DNA of 64,000 nucleotides from Oculina patagonica (Eukaryota): NCBI RefSeq assembly GCF_052425735.1, contig NC_135770.1, positions 37,696,001 to 37,760,000 of the forward strand, read 5' to 3'. Shown piece by piece: positions 1 to 11,949 of this stretch (position 1 is its first letter; each line of letters starts with the position of its first letter). The notes under the pieces were generated by a model. It saw only the letters and a program-made list of their open reading frames with translations, ran no database searches and was not told where the DNA came from. The position numbers and the translations under genes were made by a program.

Positions 1-2
1 TA

Positions 3-1442
3 ATGACAATGGACAATAACTTAGCAGACAATGAGAGCGCTAATCTGTCGGCATTTGTCTTGTTGGATGAAAACAATCGTGTCCTTGTACAACGTGTACA
101 AATGTACGAGAACATTTCGCGCGAGCTGCAGGATTACATTAAAAATGCTCTGCTGTCATCATCTGATCGCCAAGATAAATCGCTTAGAGATAATAATTCA
201 TCTGAGGTCATTTGCATGAGCTCTCTTCGTCGCGCTCACAACATCTGCTCAAGTGAGGTCGACAACATGTACACCAAGTGTACACAACTGAACGCTTCTC
301 CGAGAAACCCGCAAAACTGCGAGTTCCTAACACCGAGGAATGCGTGCGATCATCTCTCCGACGCTCAAATCCGAGAAACGTGCGAAGACGTAAACAGCGC
401 GAATAACCGCACGTTATGGCAAATTAAGAACATTGCGGAACGGAGCCCTGCGCGAATGAGAACAATAGACAAGCCCTCGGACAATGATCACACTACTATC
501 ATGGCAGGGGAGCCTTGTGAATTTGTCAAGATCGTCGCAATGCTATTGCCTTTGCTAGCGTTCCTTGTGCTGTATGAGGCGTACAGATACCATAAACTCT
601 ATCTATCCTGCAACGAGTTTGACAACCATTTTCTTACGCTTCGCTTCAAGTCGATCGAGGACATGCGCAAGTCGAGTGGAGCCGCTGACCTGCTGGTACC
701 GCTGAAAAAAGCCGAGCTTCAGAAATTTGTTCAACCAACTGCCTGCCAACTGGCTGAGGCTGAGAAGAGAAGCATGCTCAAGTATTTGCTGTTTTACTTC
801 ATTTACTTGATCTTCGCACTGATGATTGTCCTGCTGGATCATTATTTCTATGTTGTTATCACCAGCGAGGAGCCGCAGTCCAATATATCCAAGAGGTGTA
901 ATGGAAATCTCAAGAGGTTGGATGAGGCGTATGTTATCGTCATATCCACCCTGCTTGGAATCTTACTGTTGATTATCCTGCTTCAAGCTTTCATCCTTCG
1001 CTTGCGCCGTTTGATCTCCTCACGTTTCTATCCTAGAAGAGAGAGAAAACGCATCGCGTACCTTTACTACAAACTTCTTGAAGAACGCAAGACATTCTAC
1101 AAGTCTGTCATTGAAAACATGAACAACTTCTCCGAAGAAACAGAAATGCTCAATAGACTGGACGCAGTGTTGGTTCTGTGTCATAATTTCAGCTGGATTA
1201 AAGCCGTGCTCGAGTTTATTGGCGTTAATATTCGCAGGTGCGCTGTGTGCGGTACAGGACTGAACAAAAAGTACCTTTTCTGTGACACCGAGGATTGTGA
1301 TGTCATCTACTGCCGAACGTGCTTCTGGGACCTGGAAAACAAGTGTCTGGGGTGCATGCGCAGTAGCAAGATGACGTCGCGTTCGTCGAGCTTGAGTGGC
1401 CAATCACAGAAGAGGAAGAACGATTACGTCAAACCTGTTTGA
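3..1442 (+). CDS. DC-STAMP domain protein (DCST1/DCST2/sneaky/SPE-42-like), C-terminal part, probably 5'-truncated by the window edge
   Basis: 479-codon ORF with three hydrophobic TM segments, FDNHFLT..F motif, 'LRRLISSRFYPRRERKRIAYLY' after the last TM, and a C-terminal C4-C4 RING-like finger (CAVC...CDTEDC...CRTC...CLGC). Confidence 0.85.
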   Translation: MTMDNNLADNESANLSAFVLLDENNRVLVQRVQMYENISRELQDYIKNALLSSSDRQDKSLRDNNSSEVICMSSLRRAHNICSSEVDNMYTKCTQLNASPRNPQNCEFLTPRNACDHLSDAQIRETCEDVNSANNRTLWQIKNIAERSPARMRTIDKPSDNDHTTIMAGEPCEFVKIVAMLLPLLAFLVLYEAYRYHKLYLSCNEFDNHFLTLRFKSIEDMRKSSGAADLLVPLKKAELQKFVQPTACQLAEAEKRSMLKYLLFYFIYLIFALMIVLLDHYFYVVITSEEPQSNISKRCNGNLKRLDEAYVIVISTLLGILLLIILLQAFILRLRRLISSRFYPRRERKRIAYLYYKLLEERKTFYKSVIENMNNFSEETEMLNRLDAVLVLCHNFSWIKAVLEFIGVNIRRCAVCGTGLNKKYLFCDTEDCDVIYCRTCFWDLENKCLGCMRSSKMTSRSSSLSGQSQKRKNDYVKPV

Positions 1443-2063
1443 GTTCTAACATTGTTCTGAACATCATCTAAATGTATCACAATACTGAATCAGGCGCACT
1501 ACCCAGTAGTTGCTTATCTTGTTGTGCCTAAGAGTGCACTGTCGACAGTTTTGTGCGAGTATTTAATAGAAAGACATGCCTTCCTTTAAATAGAGCGGCC
1601 TTGAGAAACACTGAAAGAGACAACAAGAAACATTTTACGCATATTTTTAATTAGTTTTATTTAAATGTATAAATTCTCAATGCGTTCGGTTCTTGTTGCT
1701 CAAGTTTAAGCGAGACATGAAACTTAAAGTTTAAAGCGTGATAACCAATGGCGTCGCTTGCAGCCTTTTTGAAATTAGAAAATAATTTTATTTGCCAAGA
1801 CAAAAGTTCTTGCTGTATATATAAGAATAAAGGCACAAAAATTAGGAGGCGAAATTTGAGAAGAACTAACTATTTAATGTTTAAGATAAAAGGAAGATTT
1901 CTGAACTGTGAAGAAAATGAGTAGAAAGTAGAAACTTTTCATGCAGGTTAGCAGCCCCTCTTTGCATCGCTTTCGCGCGGAATGCGCACTCAGGTCACGC
2001 ATTCTACTGCTAGGGTTACACTTTCCTTAGTTGCTAGGGTCACGCATTCTCCGGCTTCGTTCA

Positions 2064-2236
2064 AATAGACCATATTCGTATTCTCGGTATTGGACTGGAT
2101 CTGGCTTGCAATGGAGGCTAATGCGGGGGAATATGAAAAACAGCTTCATGTCATTTGCATTTGGAAAGATTACCCGCATTAGCCTCCATTGCAAGTTAGT
2201 TCCAGTCCAATACCGAGAATACGAATATGGTCTATT
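2064..2236. mobile_element. Palindromic MITE-like element
   Basis: AATAGACCATATTCGTATTCTCGGTATTGGACTGGA at the left is the reverse complement of the right end; further inverted matches inside. Confidence 0.7.
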
Positions 2237-2685
2237 GCTCGGCAATCGAAAGAGGGGCTGTTTAATTCTTTTACGGACCTTTAAAAGCACGTTATATGTT
2301 GAAAATGCTTCTAATATGCAAGACAAACTTGTGAAAACGTTTGCATTGGTTATTGATACCTATTGAAAACTCTTTTCTTTAGATACCTGAAAAATGAAAT
2401 CTGTAATGTCAATAAAGGCCACGAAAATTCAGACTGTGGATTTTGTACCGATTTTGACTCATAGGACGAGCAAGAGTGCCGCAAACTTCTCCAAAAATAA
2501 CCCTGACCTAACATTTTGCCCTGTAGAATAGGACTTTTGAATGTACTCCTTTCCGTTTTGGGGGCGCACATATAGAAGCAAATTCTAAGCTTGTGTCGCC
2601 CCAATCTACCTCGGGAGAAAGAACTCGGAGAATATCGCTAATAGTGATGGGCTGGCCATTTGCGCGCGCTCGTGGAATAATTGTT

Positions 2686-3612
2686 AAATATAAGCCCATG
2701 AGCCCATATTCGGGTGATGGGAAAGGGGAAGAGGTTTTTTTTCCGAAGGATTTTAAAGTCGGAGATTTGGGGGGTTGAAACGGGGGGGGGGGGGGTATTT
2801 TTGGAATTTTGCACCAGATTTGCCCACGATAGGTTACTGTTTCTCTTGCTTTTGAATTTTTCTTTGCTTCGAATTTTCTATTAATTTCTCGTTGTCACTC
2901 TCGCCGGATGAACAACAGTGCAATTAGTTCTCTATAAGTAGCATAGGAGGTTTGAATGCTCGTATTAGCACTACTACACTACTACTGACAGGTATATCGT
3001 TCAGAATGGGACGTGTATCGCCAGAGGATCTAGGGGCTTGGACCAGGAGCCCAAGTTCCGGCTGACCGTTATGACCAAACATATAAGGTTTAAAATGACC
3101 ATTCCCCCTCCCTTCCTCCCTCCCTCCCCCCAAACACTCTTTACTCCAAGCACCACTTTGTGCAAGCCGAATGGTTCATCTTGACTTCCCTTCTCGAACC
3201 GTCGATCAGGCGTCATTTTCAAAAGACTATACAGTAGAACCCCGGTAACTTGAACTCGGATAACTCGAACAACCCCGCTAACTCGAACTAACTTCCATTT
3301 CCCTTGGACCCACTTTTCAGTCATTTTTACTCGGTTAACTCGAAAACCCCGCTAACTCGAACTGTTTTGTGTTTCCCTTCAGAGTTCCGAGTTACCGGGG
3401 TTCAACTGGGTATATAGATTCAAGAGAAAATAATAAAAAATTCAAAGCAAAGAAAAATTCAACAGGAACCAATCGTGGGTTCCTGTTCTAGCACAAAATC
3501 CCAAAAATACTTCCCCCGCCCCTACAACCCCAAAATAGCCCACCCACCCGGAAAATAACCTCCTCCAACACCCCCCCCCCCTCCTGAATGTAAGCCCAAG
3601 AGCTTATATTTG
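2686..3612. mobile_element. Old diverged inverted-repeat element (MITE-like) containing a younger MITE
   Basis: About 2686-2880 and 3420-3612 are degenerate reverse complements (aaatataagcc...ggtatttttggaatttt...cccacgat / atcgtggg...caaaaatac...gcttatattt). Confidence 0.45.
3232..3408. mobile_element. Tc1/pogo-type MITE
   Basis: TA|CAGTAGAACCCCGGTAACT...AGTTACCGGGGTTCAACTG terminal inverted repeats; internal taactcgaa repeats. Confidence 0.7.
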
Positions 3613-4672
3613 GTATATCTCTTTAAAAAAAGACTTCTGATTATCAGGCCCCTATTGTAGAGCTTCAAGAACGTCGTCAGAGAGGCTCAGTGCCTGTGAT
3701 GTTTGTTTAATGACCGGGGGACATGTTTTGGTTTTCATTTCGTTATGTCAGTACAGAGTTTTGTCATGGAGTATCGGTATACACCAAACATTTTCAGACA
3801 TTGTGTCACGTCAAAATTAAATGATAACCCGAAGATTTCTGACGGCGCGGACGGCAAATTCGGCCATCCAAAAAAAAACGTATATTTTCCCTCCCTGAAA
3901 ATAAGCCAACCTAAAAGGGACGTTAAACAAATATAAGTTTATATTCGGAGTTTTTAATCACGGTGTTTTTTTTGAAAAAGTTTTAGTTGTCTGCCTAGTG
4001 CTATATTTGTTCCGACAGTAATCAGATTTATTAATAATCTTTAGAGTTTAAAGCTTTAAAGTGGTTAAGGCGATCAGGATTTCCTGAACGAATAATTAAA
4101 CTACAGAAAAATTATAACAAATTTTACGTTAACAAATTACCGACCAAGTAAAAAAAACCATGATCGGGTCGTAACGGTAAATTTTTCTCGTTTGGTTCGC
4201 GTTCAAGTTTGAATGTTTTCGTGCAAAAAGTTAAGCTTAAAATATAGTAAATAACATAATGTTGTTTGATTATTATTGTTCTTTCTCCTTTCTTGTTTCA
4301 ATAATAGAGTTGTTTCGCAAAATCAGAGGGACATTTTAATATTTCAAATCAGATATGTTTTAATGCTGCTTGGTAAATTAAAAGCATAAAGTTGCCTAGT
4401 TTCCTTGTTCTCTCTCCTCGAGGCCTCCTAGGGGAATCATATACAACACAAGTTTCTGTAAGGCCAAGGGGGAAAGGGAGTCCCTTGTGCATAAATTGTA
4501 ACGATTTACCATTTAGGGAGGGGAGGTTAATAGAGAGGGGGGCGTAAAACTTGAATTTGAGGGGAGTGGCAGTTGGTAGAGGGGGTTGCTGGAAGGGCGC
4601 TGTGGTATTTTTAGTGGCCCGCGATTGGTATGACTGCGCTCAGCGGAGTTTTTAAAAACTGGAAAATCCAAC

Positions 4673-5788
4673 ATGGCGGACGACGAAGACGAAACTCCTG
4701 TGACATTATTTTCTCGTTTTGGCAAAGTTTACGTCTGGAGCGCAGATGATGCTTTTAAAATACGTTCCAAATATCGCATCGTTGGCTCTCTGATCGGCTC
4801 ATTTTCTCGTAAACGGAAACAAAATCACTCTTTCTCCTTGCCTCTTCTTCTTTCTCAAGAAGAAGCCACGCTGTTACTGCACAAAGGGCTGGCGAGGATC
4901 TTTAATATGCCGAAACGTTTTTCTGTACCATCAAAGGAGGAGGTCGAAACGTTCAATGAGCTACGTCGTGACAGTGTGGTAAAGCAGATTGCATTATTTC
5001 AAAAAGAACGAGAAGAGAAGCTCATGGAACTGGCGGAAGTCATCGAGGAAGGAAGGCGGAGAAAACGAAACCGCAAAAAGTGTGATGATGATGATGGAGA
5101 AGCAAGTCTTGCTTCGAAAAAAATGAAAAGCGAAGAGTTAAGCAATGAAGGGGCTGAAGATTGCACGACAAAGGAGGAAGGAGAGTGCAATCAGTCGAGT
5201 GAGAAATGTGATGAAGGTAATAATGACATGGAAAGAAATCAGGATGAAACATGTAGCAGAATTGAAGTTATTCAAGCAGATTCAGAGAAAACAACAACTG
5301 TAAATACTGTTGAGCAAGAATCCAATGATAAACTAAAGAATAAGTGTGATATATCTAATGTATCAGCTAACTCGGATATTCACTGTGAAGAAACAAAGCC
5401 CTTTTCGGAGTTGAAAACCTTAACTCACATCCCAACAATAATGCCGCAACGACTCCAAACTCTTTTGCCAGTGGACTGGACATACCCTCAAACAGAAAGT
5501 GAAAAGCTACGCTACAGGGTGTTTTTAGATCTCTGGGAGAAGGGGTATTACTTAACACCTGGTGCCAAATTTGGAGGCAATCTACTGGCCTATCCTGGAG
5601 ATCCCATGAGGTATCATTCATTTTACATTGTAATAATTATTCCCTGGAAAAAGAAAATCACTCCGTTCGAGATCATCTCAGCTGGAAGACTGGGTGCTAC
5701 TGTTAAGAAAACAGCGCTTCTTTGTTCAGTGAGCGACGGCACTGGTGAAGTTGTGTACACATCAGTCAAGTGGAGTGGAATAAGCTAA
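4673..5788 (+). CDS. TSEN34: tRNA-splicing endonuclease subunit Sen34 (intronless)
   Basis: N-terminal 'RIVGSLIGS...LPLLLSQEEATLL'; C-terminal catalytic domain 'VFLDLWEKGYYLTPGAKFGG..LAYPGDPMRYHS...GRLGATVKK' with the Tyr/His/Lys triad; aacATGG start context. Confidence 0.93.
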   Translation: MADDEDETPVTLFSRFGKVYVWSADDAFKIRSKYRIVGSLIGSFSRKRKQNHSFSLPLLLSQEEATLLLHKGLARIFNMPKRFSVPSKEEVETFNELRRDSVVKQIALFQKEREEKLMELAEVIEEGRRRKRNRKKCDDDDGEASLASKKMKSEELSNEGAEDCTTKEEGECNQSSEKCDEGNNDMERNQDETCSRIEVIQADSEKTTTVNTVEQESNDKLKNKCDISNVSANSDIHCEETKPFSELKTLTHIPTIMPQRLQTLLPVDWTYPQTESEKLRYRVFLDLWEKGYYLTPGAKFGGNLLAYPGDPMRYHSFYIVIIIPWKKKITPFEIISAGRLGATVKKTALLCSVSDGTGEVVYTSVKWSGIS

Positions 5789-5845
5789 GTACACGATAGA
5801 TAAATGGACAAATGCGATAAAAGAAATCCTACATTCAAACTCAAC

Positions 5846-6017
5846 CAGGGCCGTACACTGCCTAGGAGGAGGGGGGGGGGAACAGTTGCCCCCGCCAGGA
5901 AAACTAAAAAACTAAGAAAACTAAAGAAAAAAAAAAGAAAAACTAAACTAAAAAAAACAGTTGCCCACGGCAGGGCAAACTTGCCCCCGCAGACAAAAAA
6001 TCCTAGGTACGGCCCTG
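5846..6017. mobile_element. hAT-like MITE
   Basis: CAGGGCCGTAC...GTACGGCCCTG termini; no clear TSD. Confidence 0.5.
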
Positions 6018-6785
6018 ATAACTAAGGGCAAATTTAGATGGCCCAACTTCATCACTTTTGTAACCGGGGGACTACAACTGTCAAGTGTTTTAAAATAGTT
6101 TCAAAATCCTACATACACAACAAACATTAGCAAGTTGTTGATTTGAATTACATGAAACAATCCGTACATTGTATTTTAGGCCTCTCCTAAGTTTGTTGTA
6201 TGTGACAAAGTTGAATCCCAAAACAGTGAGTGTGGCATTGGCTTTCCAAGTGAAATTTAACATGGAATTTGTGAATCAGACATTAGATTTTATTAAACAT
6301 ACATAGCATTTATAAAATAGGCATGTAATCCAATATACCGGTATAAGGCTCCATCAGCACAGACAGGGATAGAAATTTCACTGAGGAGCTTGTTATACTA
6401 TGCTAAATACTTTCCTTTTGTCAACAAATCAAAATGAAACTAGGCAGTTTGTTTTATTCAGGTGTCAAATTAATTGGGTAAATAAGTAGGACTGACATGA
6501 TAGCTGATGTATCCTTAGGCTTGCAAATTTATTGTGCTTTTTAGTAACAAGAGAACTCTGAAATTCAATTTTACCCAAGTAACGATTGCGTTTTTTGCTG
6601 CCATCAATCATAATTATGGTGACAACCAACGAACCTTGAAAAACAGAAACAGAAAATGGATCCAAAGCTTCCAATCATAATGGACAGATGTGACGTTTTG
6701 ACCCATTTGAAGTGAACTACTGTTTCCTGAGAGGTCAGCTTAGACCATTGACTGCAGCGGAAACGGTAAACTGGTTTATGCCGTG

Positions 6786-7208
6786 TAAGGATGGGCCGAT
6801 ACAGGTTTTTCAAAATGATACGATATCGATACGATATTTGCCTTTTTTCTCGATATCAATATCGATATTATGACGTCATTGCCGTGTTGACGTCGTTGGT
6901 ATGTCACGTGATTTGCCTGACCAAACAAAGGACAGTCATGGCATTATAAATGTTAGCCATGAATGTTGATTTTTGGTCTTTTTGTTTCACTGTGGACTAG
7001 ATCAAGTCAAGGCAATATTAAAATTCAAATATTGACAAGAAAATCAATATTTGTTTGCGCAAAAGTGCATTTTTAAACCTCAGGTGTTGACCAGAAGACT
7101 GCAGGCTCAGGTCAAAAGTGCGATATTTTTCAAAAGTATCGTTACTTTTCAAAATTGTCAAAATATCGGCGTATCGAATATTTGGTATCGTATATCGGCC
7201 CATCCTTA
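6786..7208. mobile_element. MITE (hAT-like termini)
   Basis: 16-bp TIR TAAGGATGGGCCGATA / TATCGGCCCATCCTTA; internal cgatat repeats. Confidence 0.6.
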
Positions 7209-7373
7209 GTTTATGGGTCACTTGAGCAGAGTTCGCATGTTATTGAAAAGCCTAATAATACATTTTTAAGCAGACAGACTAAGAGCAGTCCCTCTTTTAT
7301 CTTAATCTGTTGAGCATGACTCATTCAACAATTTTGCCACTCGCACATAATTTTGCTTTATGCTCAACTTTAT

Positions 7374-7620
7374 GTGGGAGGTGCAGTGGCCTAATGGTTA
7401 GTGTGCTGGACTCTGGATTAGTCCAGGTTCGAGCCCTGGTTGCGGCCATTGTGTTGTGTTCTTGAGCACGACACTTTACTCTCACAGTAACGGCAAATTT
7501 ACTGCTGGGGGTAACCCTGCAAAGGACTAACATCCCATCCAGAGGAGAGTAGAAATATACAGAAACCGGGATAAGCTCTGGCCTGATGAGCCACTAGGCT
7601 TAAATGCAGACTAAACCTTT
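7374..7620 (+). mobile_element. tRNA-derived SINE (same family as 32390-32699, internally deleted)
   Basis: A box TGGCCTAATGG and B box GGTTCGAGCCC, followed by a body shared with 32390-32699 (gacactttactctca...ctgctggggg...catcccatcca...gatgagccact). Confidence 0.75.
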
Positions 7621-8167
7621 CTTTATGCTTGATGGACTTAGAGAAAAGAGGGACTGTAGTCTAAGGTGTTGACTGAGAATAAAGGAAATTAATTATGAAA
7701 TGTATGATGGTCGGTTATGTGTAATTTTGGTGTTTGTAAATTGGTAAAATTTATAATCATTTCCCCAATGTAAGAAACTGAATAAACTCATTGGATTCTA
7801 TATCGTTAAAGGATTTTGGTATATCACATGTGTATCAACTCATGTATGTCGTCAACTCAAAATAAACAAATCATGATAATGACAAGAAAACACTTTCAAA
7901 GAAATAAGTTTGTCTGAATTTTAATTGATTTTCCTTTAGTACTATCTAAAGAATGATTACTCATTAGCCTTCTTTACTTCCATAACATAGAGCACTGGTT
8001 TTTGTGAATTAGGATTCGAAATTCAACCTTTGGATGGATTGCTTTACAAAATTGGGTTAGTTTTCACACAAAACAGCCAAAAAATAAGCTAACTTTTTTT
8101 TTAGAAACATACGATAAAGAGGCTTTTGCGGCCCAAACAGCTCTCAACCTTGCACCCAGGCCCTTGA

Positions 8168-9470
8168 TTAGCATGTCACATAACTAGTGCAACTGAAGCC
8201 GTAGAAGAATGGGACGAGGCAATACGCACTCCAAGGATCCTTCTGACAACACATGTCGTGCTTGTAACATCCCCGGTGCCAACAACAATCTCCACAAACC
8301 CATGACCAGCACCGACAGCTTGGACCACACATGCCAGTACAATAATTATTTTGTGGATCGCTTGTCAAACTGCAGCGCTTCTGTCTTTCACCATGCTTAT
8401 CAGCGGATTCATCATCTAAGTCGTGCACAGCCTCCTGTCTCAGCTCGGCTGGAATCTGAAAGTCCGAAGTCTTGAGAAGATTGAAGCAAAGGGCATGAAA
8501 TGGCTTCAGAATATCCAACTGGGTAGAGTTGTCGTTCAGCGCTACGGACACGAGTTCAAGAAGTTGGATTTCTTGAACGTTATGTAACTCCCGTGTGGCT
8601 TGTTGATAATGACTTTTCAGCGTCTCAAGTTCTGTGGGCGTCTCCTCAGTAGTTTGGTTCATCGTCAGACTCAGAAACTCACGAAGCTCATGTGGAACCC
8701 TGGGAATGTTGTCGGGAACATAGATCATCGACGGACCATGTCTGTAAAGTATTAGCACGGCATTGTCATTTAATCATCATCATCATTGACATTAACTTGT
8801 TATTGTTATTATCATCATCATCACTATTATTATTATCTGTTATTATTAATCGTAGTTTTGTTTTGACAGTATAAACTTTCGTGTTCAGTAAGCAGGTTTT
8901 ATTTATACTTTTACCCCCTCTCTCCTATGTGTGAAATCCTGCGTTTTAGCTTTGCTGCAGTTCTTGACTAGTTTATGAATGTAAAACAACTGAGGTGCAA
9001 CACGTACTTTTTATAATTGATCAAAAGCAGGGTATTGTTCCGAAACGACCAAGATAACAAGACGGGACGGGACGGGACGGGACAGGAAGAAATGATGGCA
9101 ATCTATAAGTAACTTTTTTAAAAAAAAAAGTCCCTTTTAACTGTTATCGTTCCCTCACCAGCCCGCAACTGATTGTGACTTACCCGATGAATCCTTGGTC
9201 TAAAACATTGTAGTAGAACATGTTTGAACCAAGTTCCTGGAAAAACACAATTGCTTCTCCTGTCGTCTTCAGCAATTTCATGAAGCCTTTGCGAACGCCA
9301 AAACAAATGCCCAAGGTTTGATTGTAGTTGTAGCACCCTTTGACCTGTTGTTCTGAGTAGCTCTCCAAGTGCAGCCCTTGAACGTTAGGTTTACAATCAG
9401 AACTTACTATCACTAAGCACAGAACTGCGGCGACTGAAAGCATGAAAATTGCAGCATTTGAAGTAGCCAT
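8168..9470 (-). CDS. Secreted Cys-rich pre-pro-peptide, copy 1 (type A); exons 9470-9184 and 8741-8168; 286 aa
   Basis: aaaATGG start; hydrophobic signal peptide; GG|GTAAGT donor and ttacAG|A acceptor join in frame (QGFIG-HGPS); RQKR site followed by a 68-aa, 14-Cys peptide. Confidence 0.9.
9060..9085 (+). repeat. (GACGG)n microsatellite in the copy 1 intron
   Basis: gacgggacgggacgggacgggacagg. Confidence 0.8.
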
Positions 9471-9504
9471 TTTACACGGCTTCAATAGTTCAGTGTTTCT
9501 GACT

Positions 9505-11250
9505 GAAGCCTGGTTACTCCATTGGCTTATTAAGTTAGCTTAAGAGTTCCTTTTCAGCCTTTAATGAGCCTTGATGATAATTCGCTCGTTTGTTTACTTC
9601 CCGGCTGAGGCTTCAGTTAAGCGCTTCCTTAGTTGATAAAATTTAGACAAACAATTCCTCCGTATATGACATGTTTTCATTAAATTAATATCAGCAGTAT
9701 TATTTTGTTTACATAGTAACATGACAAATTTAATATTGTGTACCTAGAAGGAAGCACTTTGATCAAATTGTACGTTTTGTTACTTGTTAAATTAAATTTA
9801 AATCGTATGGTTCAAGGAAACTACAGCTCACTTAGACGCCTTCTTCTTGTCGTTTCGATTGTTGTTGTAGTGCTGTGGTACACTAACATGGCCTTAACAT
9901 GGCAACAGCCAAACTAATTAAGGAACTGAGAACTGATATTTCTATCAATATTTTACTTCCAATCGGTATTCTTCAGATACCACGAGCTCCAACTTATTCA
10001 CGAACATTATAACTTCGTTTGCGAATATATTCTTACCATCAGCCCGCGGCGACAAGTCCAAATGTAGCCCGCTATTTATAAATCACCCAATAGCCAATCA
10101 GAGTACGAGGATTCTCAATAACAAAATACCAATTCAGCAATCGGTAATGTCAATTAATTTTCAAGAAGCTTCACGAAGACAGGGTCATCAGCTTCCCGGC
10201 ACCAGCTTGTCGGAACGTTGACTAAAAACGAATGGCTTCCGTTCAGCAAAAAATTAATTCTTCTTGTTTTTCGCTTGTAAATTTAGATTGGTAAATGTTT
10301 CACGTCTCAGTGACGTCCCCTCGTATATCCGCATAGAATAAGTGAGAAACTTCTGAATTAGAGAAACTGGTAGAAATCCACGTCATAATCAGTCACATTC
10401 ACTGTGTGTTTGTAGAAAGACTACAAGTGCTATCATACAAGGACCGTTTCATATAGCGGTTGGTTAAGGATCGTTAAGGCTGACTGTTGTGTCAAATACT
10501 TAAGATAGGATCATGTAACGCAGCGCAGTGAATCAACAACTTAACTTCCCACACACCTGGAAAATTATAAGATCCGTACTTTTGAAAAAGGTTTAAAAGG
10601 AGCTATGTTAACAATAATCATCCGGCATTTGGCCCGAACATATTCACTATTATTTGTCCACGGACATTATTTTTGTCCAAATAAAAAAAGAGAAACAGGG
10701 AGAAATAATTGTTTTGGACAGACTGGTTACGTATTCTGCGTATTCATTTTGACATGTCACAGGATTACCCAAACGGAGAAGCCTCGAGTAAAAACTGACA
10801 TGTCATAGTGATCATAAAAACATTGACATCCATTAAGCCTCTAAACAGAATACACGGATATTTGTCTTGCACATCGTGATCTGTTCCTCGAAGTTCACAG
10901 TTTTCCTCGAGGCTTCGCTAAAAGCAAGTCGCCTCTAGGAACAAATAACAGCCCCGGGTAGATATATTTTCGCGCCAAATTGAGATTATTTTTAATATTT
11001 CCCCCAGTACGTTTTGGCTGCAGCAATTATTCAGAGCGTGCACTGATGTAAATCGCCAGTGGGTGAAGTGTTCGATGCATTATAAGTCACGATATAAAGT
11101 AATTTTTTACAAATTTTGCAAAATTCCCTCGAATTTTACGGAAACCTTAGAAAGGAGTTGGATCAGAGTTAAAAAGAATCGGGAAGATTGAGAAACCAAG
11201 CAATAACCTTGCAAGAGAAACATGAGAAAATATAAGCCATTAAAAATAAT
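9505..11250. repeat. Upstream region of copy 1, duplicated at ~41943-43620 and partly at ~28050-28565
   Basis: Colinear, near-identical sequence (e.g. ttactccattggcttattaag...; gcaagagaaacatgagaaaa). Confidence 0.9.
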
Positions 11251-11504
11251 ATGTGTTTATTTCTTTTTTAGTAGGTAGGGGGTCATCGCCGCCTTTGATC
11301 TAAATTGGTTCCTTCACACCCTCAAAACAATAACACTAGCCAATCGCCGCATTCACATCGGCGGGTCTCTTTGATCTAAATCTGATAACGCCGGCAACAT
11401 ATTGTCTTTTTTTCTTTGATCTAAATCGTCTTACATTGTTCTAAATTGTCTTAATTGGTTTAAAATCAATATGTCATTGACACGTATTTCACGCTCTAGT
11501 GCCA

Positions 11505-11705
11505 CTAGCTAAATAGTTAATTGAAGTCGCGGCTCATTAATTTTTTATTTTACGGCTGACTGCACCTAACGAAAGACTTAATTCAAGTCACGGTTCATTA
11601 ATGTTTTATTTTACGGCCGAGTGCACCTAGCTAAAGACTAAAATTGAAGTCACGGTTCATTAATTTTTTATTTTACGGCTGAGTGCACCTAGCGAAAGAC
11701 TTAAC
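11505..11705 (+). repeat. ~60-bp tandem repeat, about 3 copies, near the left end of the 12.2-kb element
   Basis: aattgaagtcacggttcattaattttttattttacggctgagtgcacctagc.aaagact repeated. Confidence 0.85.
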
Positions 11706-11949
11706 AATAGTCACGAGAAATACTTCACAGGGAAGTATTTGGTAGTTTTGTTTCAATTTTAAACGTTGCGCACGTCCTTCGTGAAACACATCTTTCCTGT
11801 ACAAAAAAAAACTTTACAATTTTTTTAACATTGAACTAGTGATCAGCACTCTGCGAACTGTAGTTGTAAAACAAACTTGTTTTATTCTCCTATGCGTTTC
11901 GTCCAACTGTCGCCTTCTTAGTAGTAAATCTGTGGTCCTGCGCCAAAGA

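Noticed and set aside
2027-2366. Overlapping ORFs on both strands with near-identical peptides
   Set aside because: Artefact of the palindromic MITE at 2064-2236.
7374-7450. tRNA genes here, at ~32392 and at ~61535
   Set aside because: A/B boxes are present but there is no complete cloverleaf; each continues into a SINE body, and one has a TSD.
8168-8374. Assignment of the peptides to SCRiP or damicornin/AmAMP1 families
   Set aside because: Cys number and spacing (14-15 versus 8 or 6) and the ~190-aa prodomain do not fit, so no gene symbol was given.
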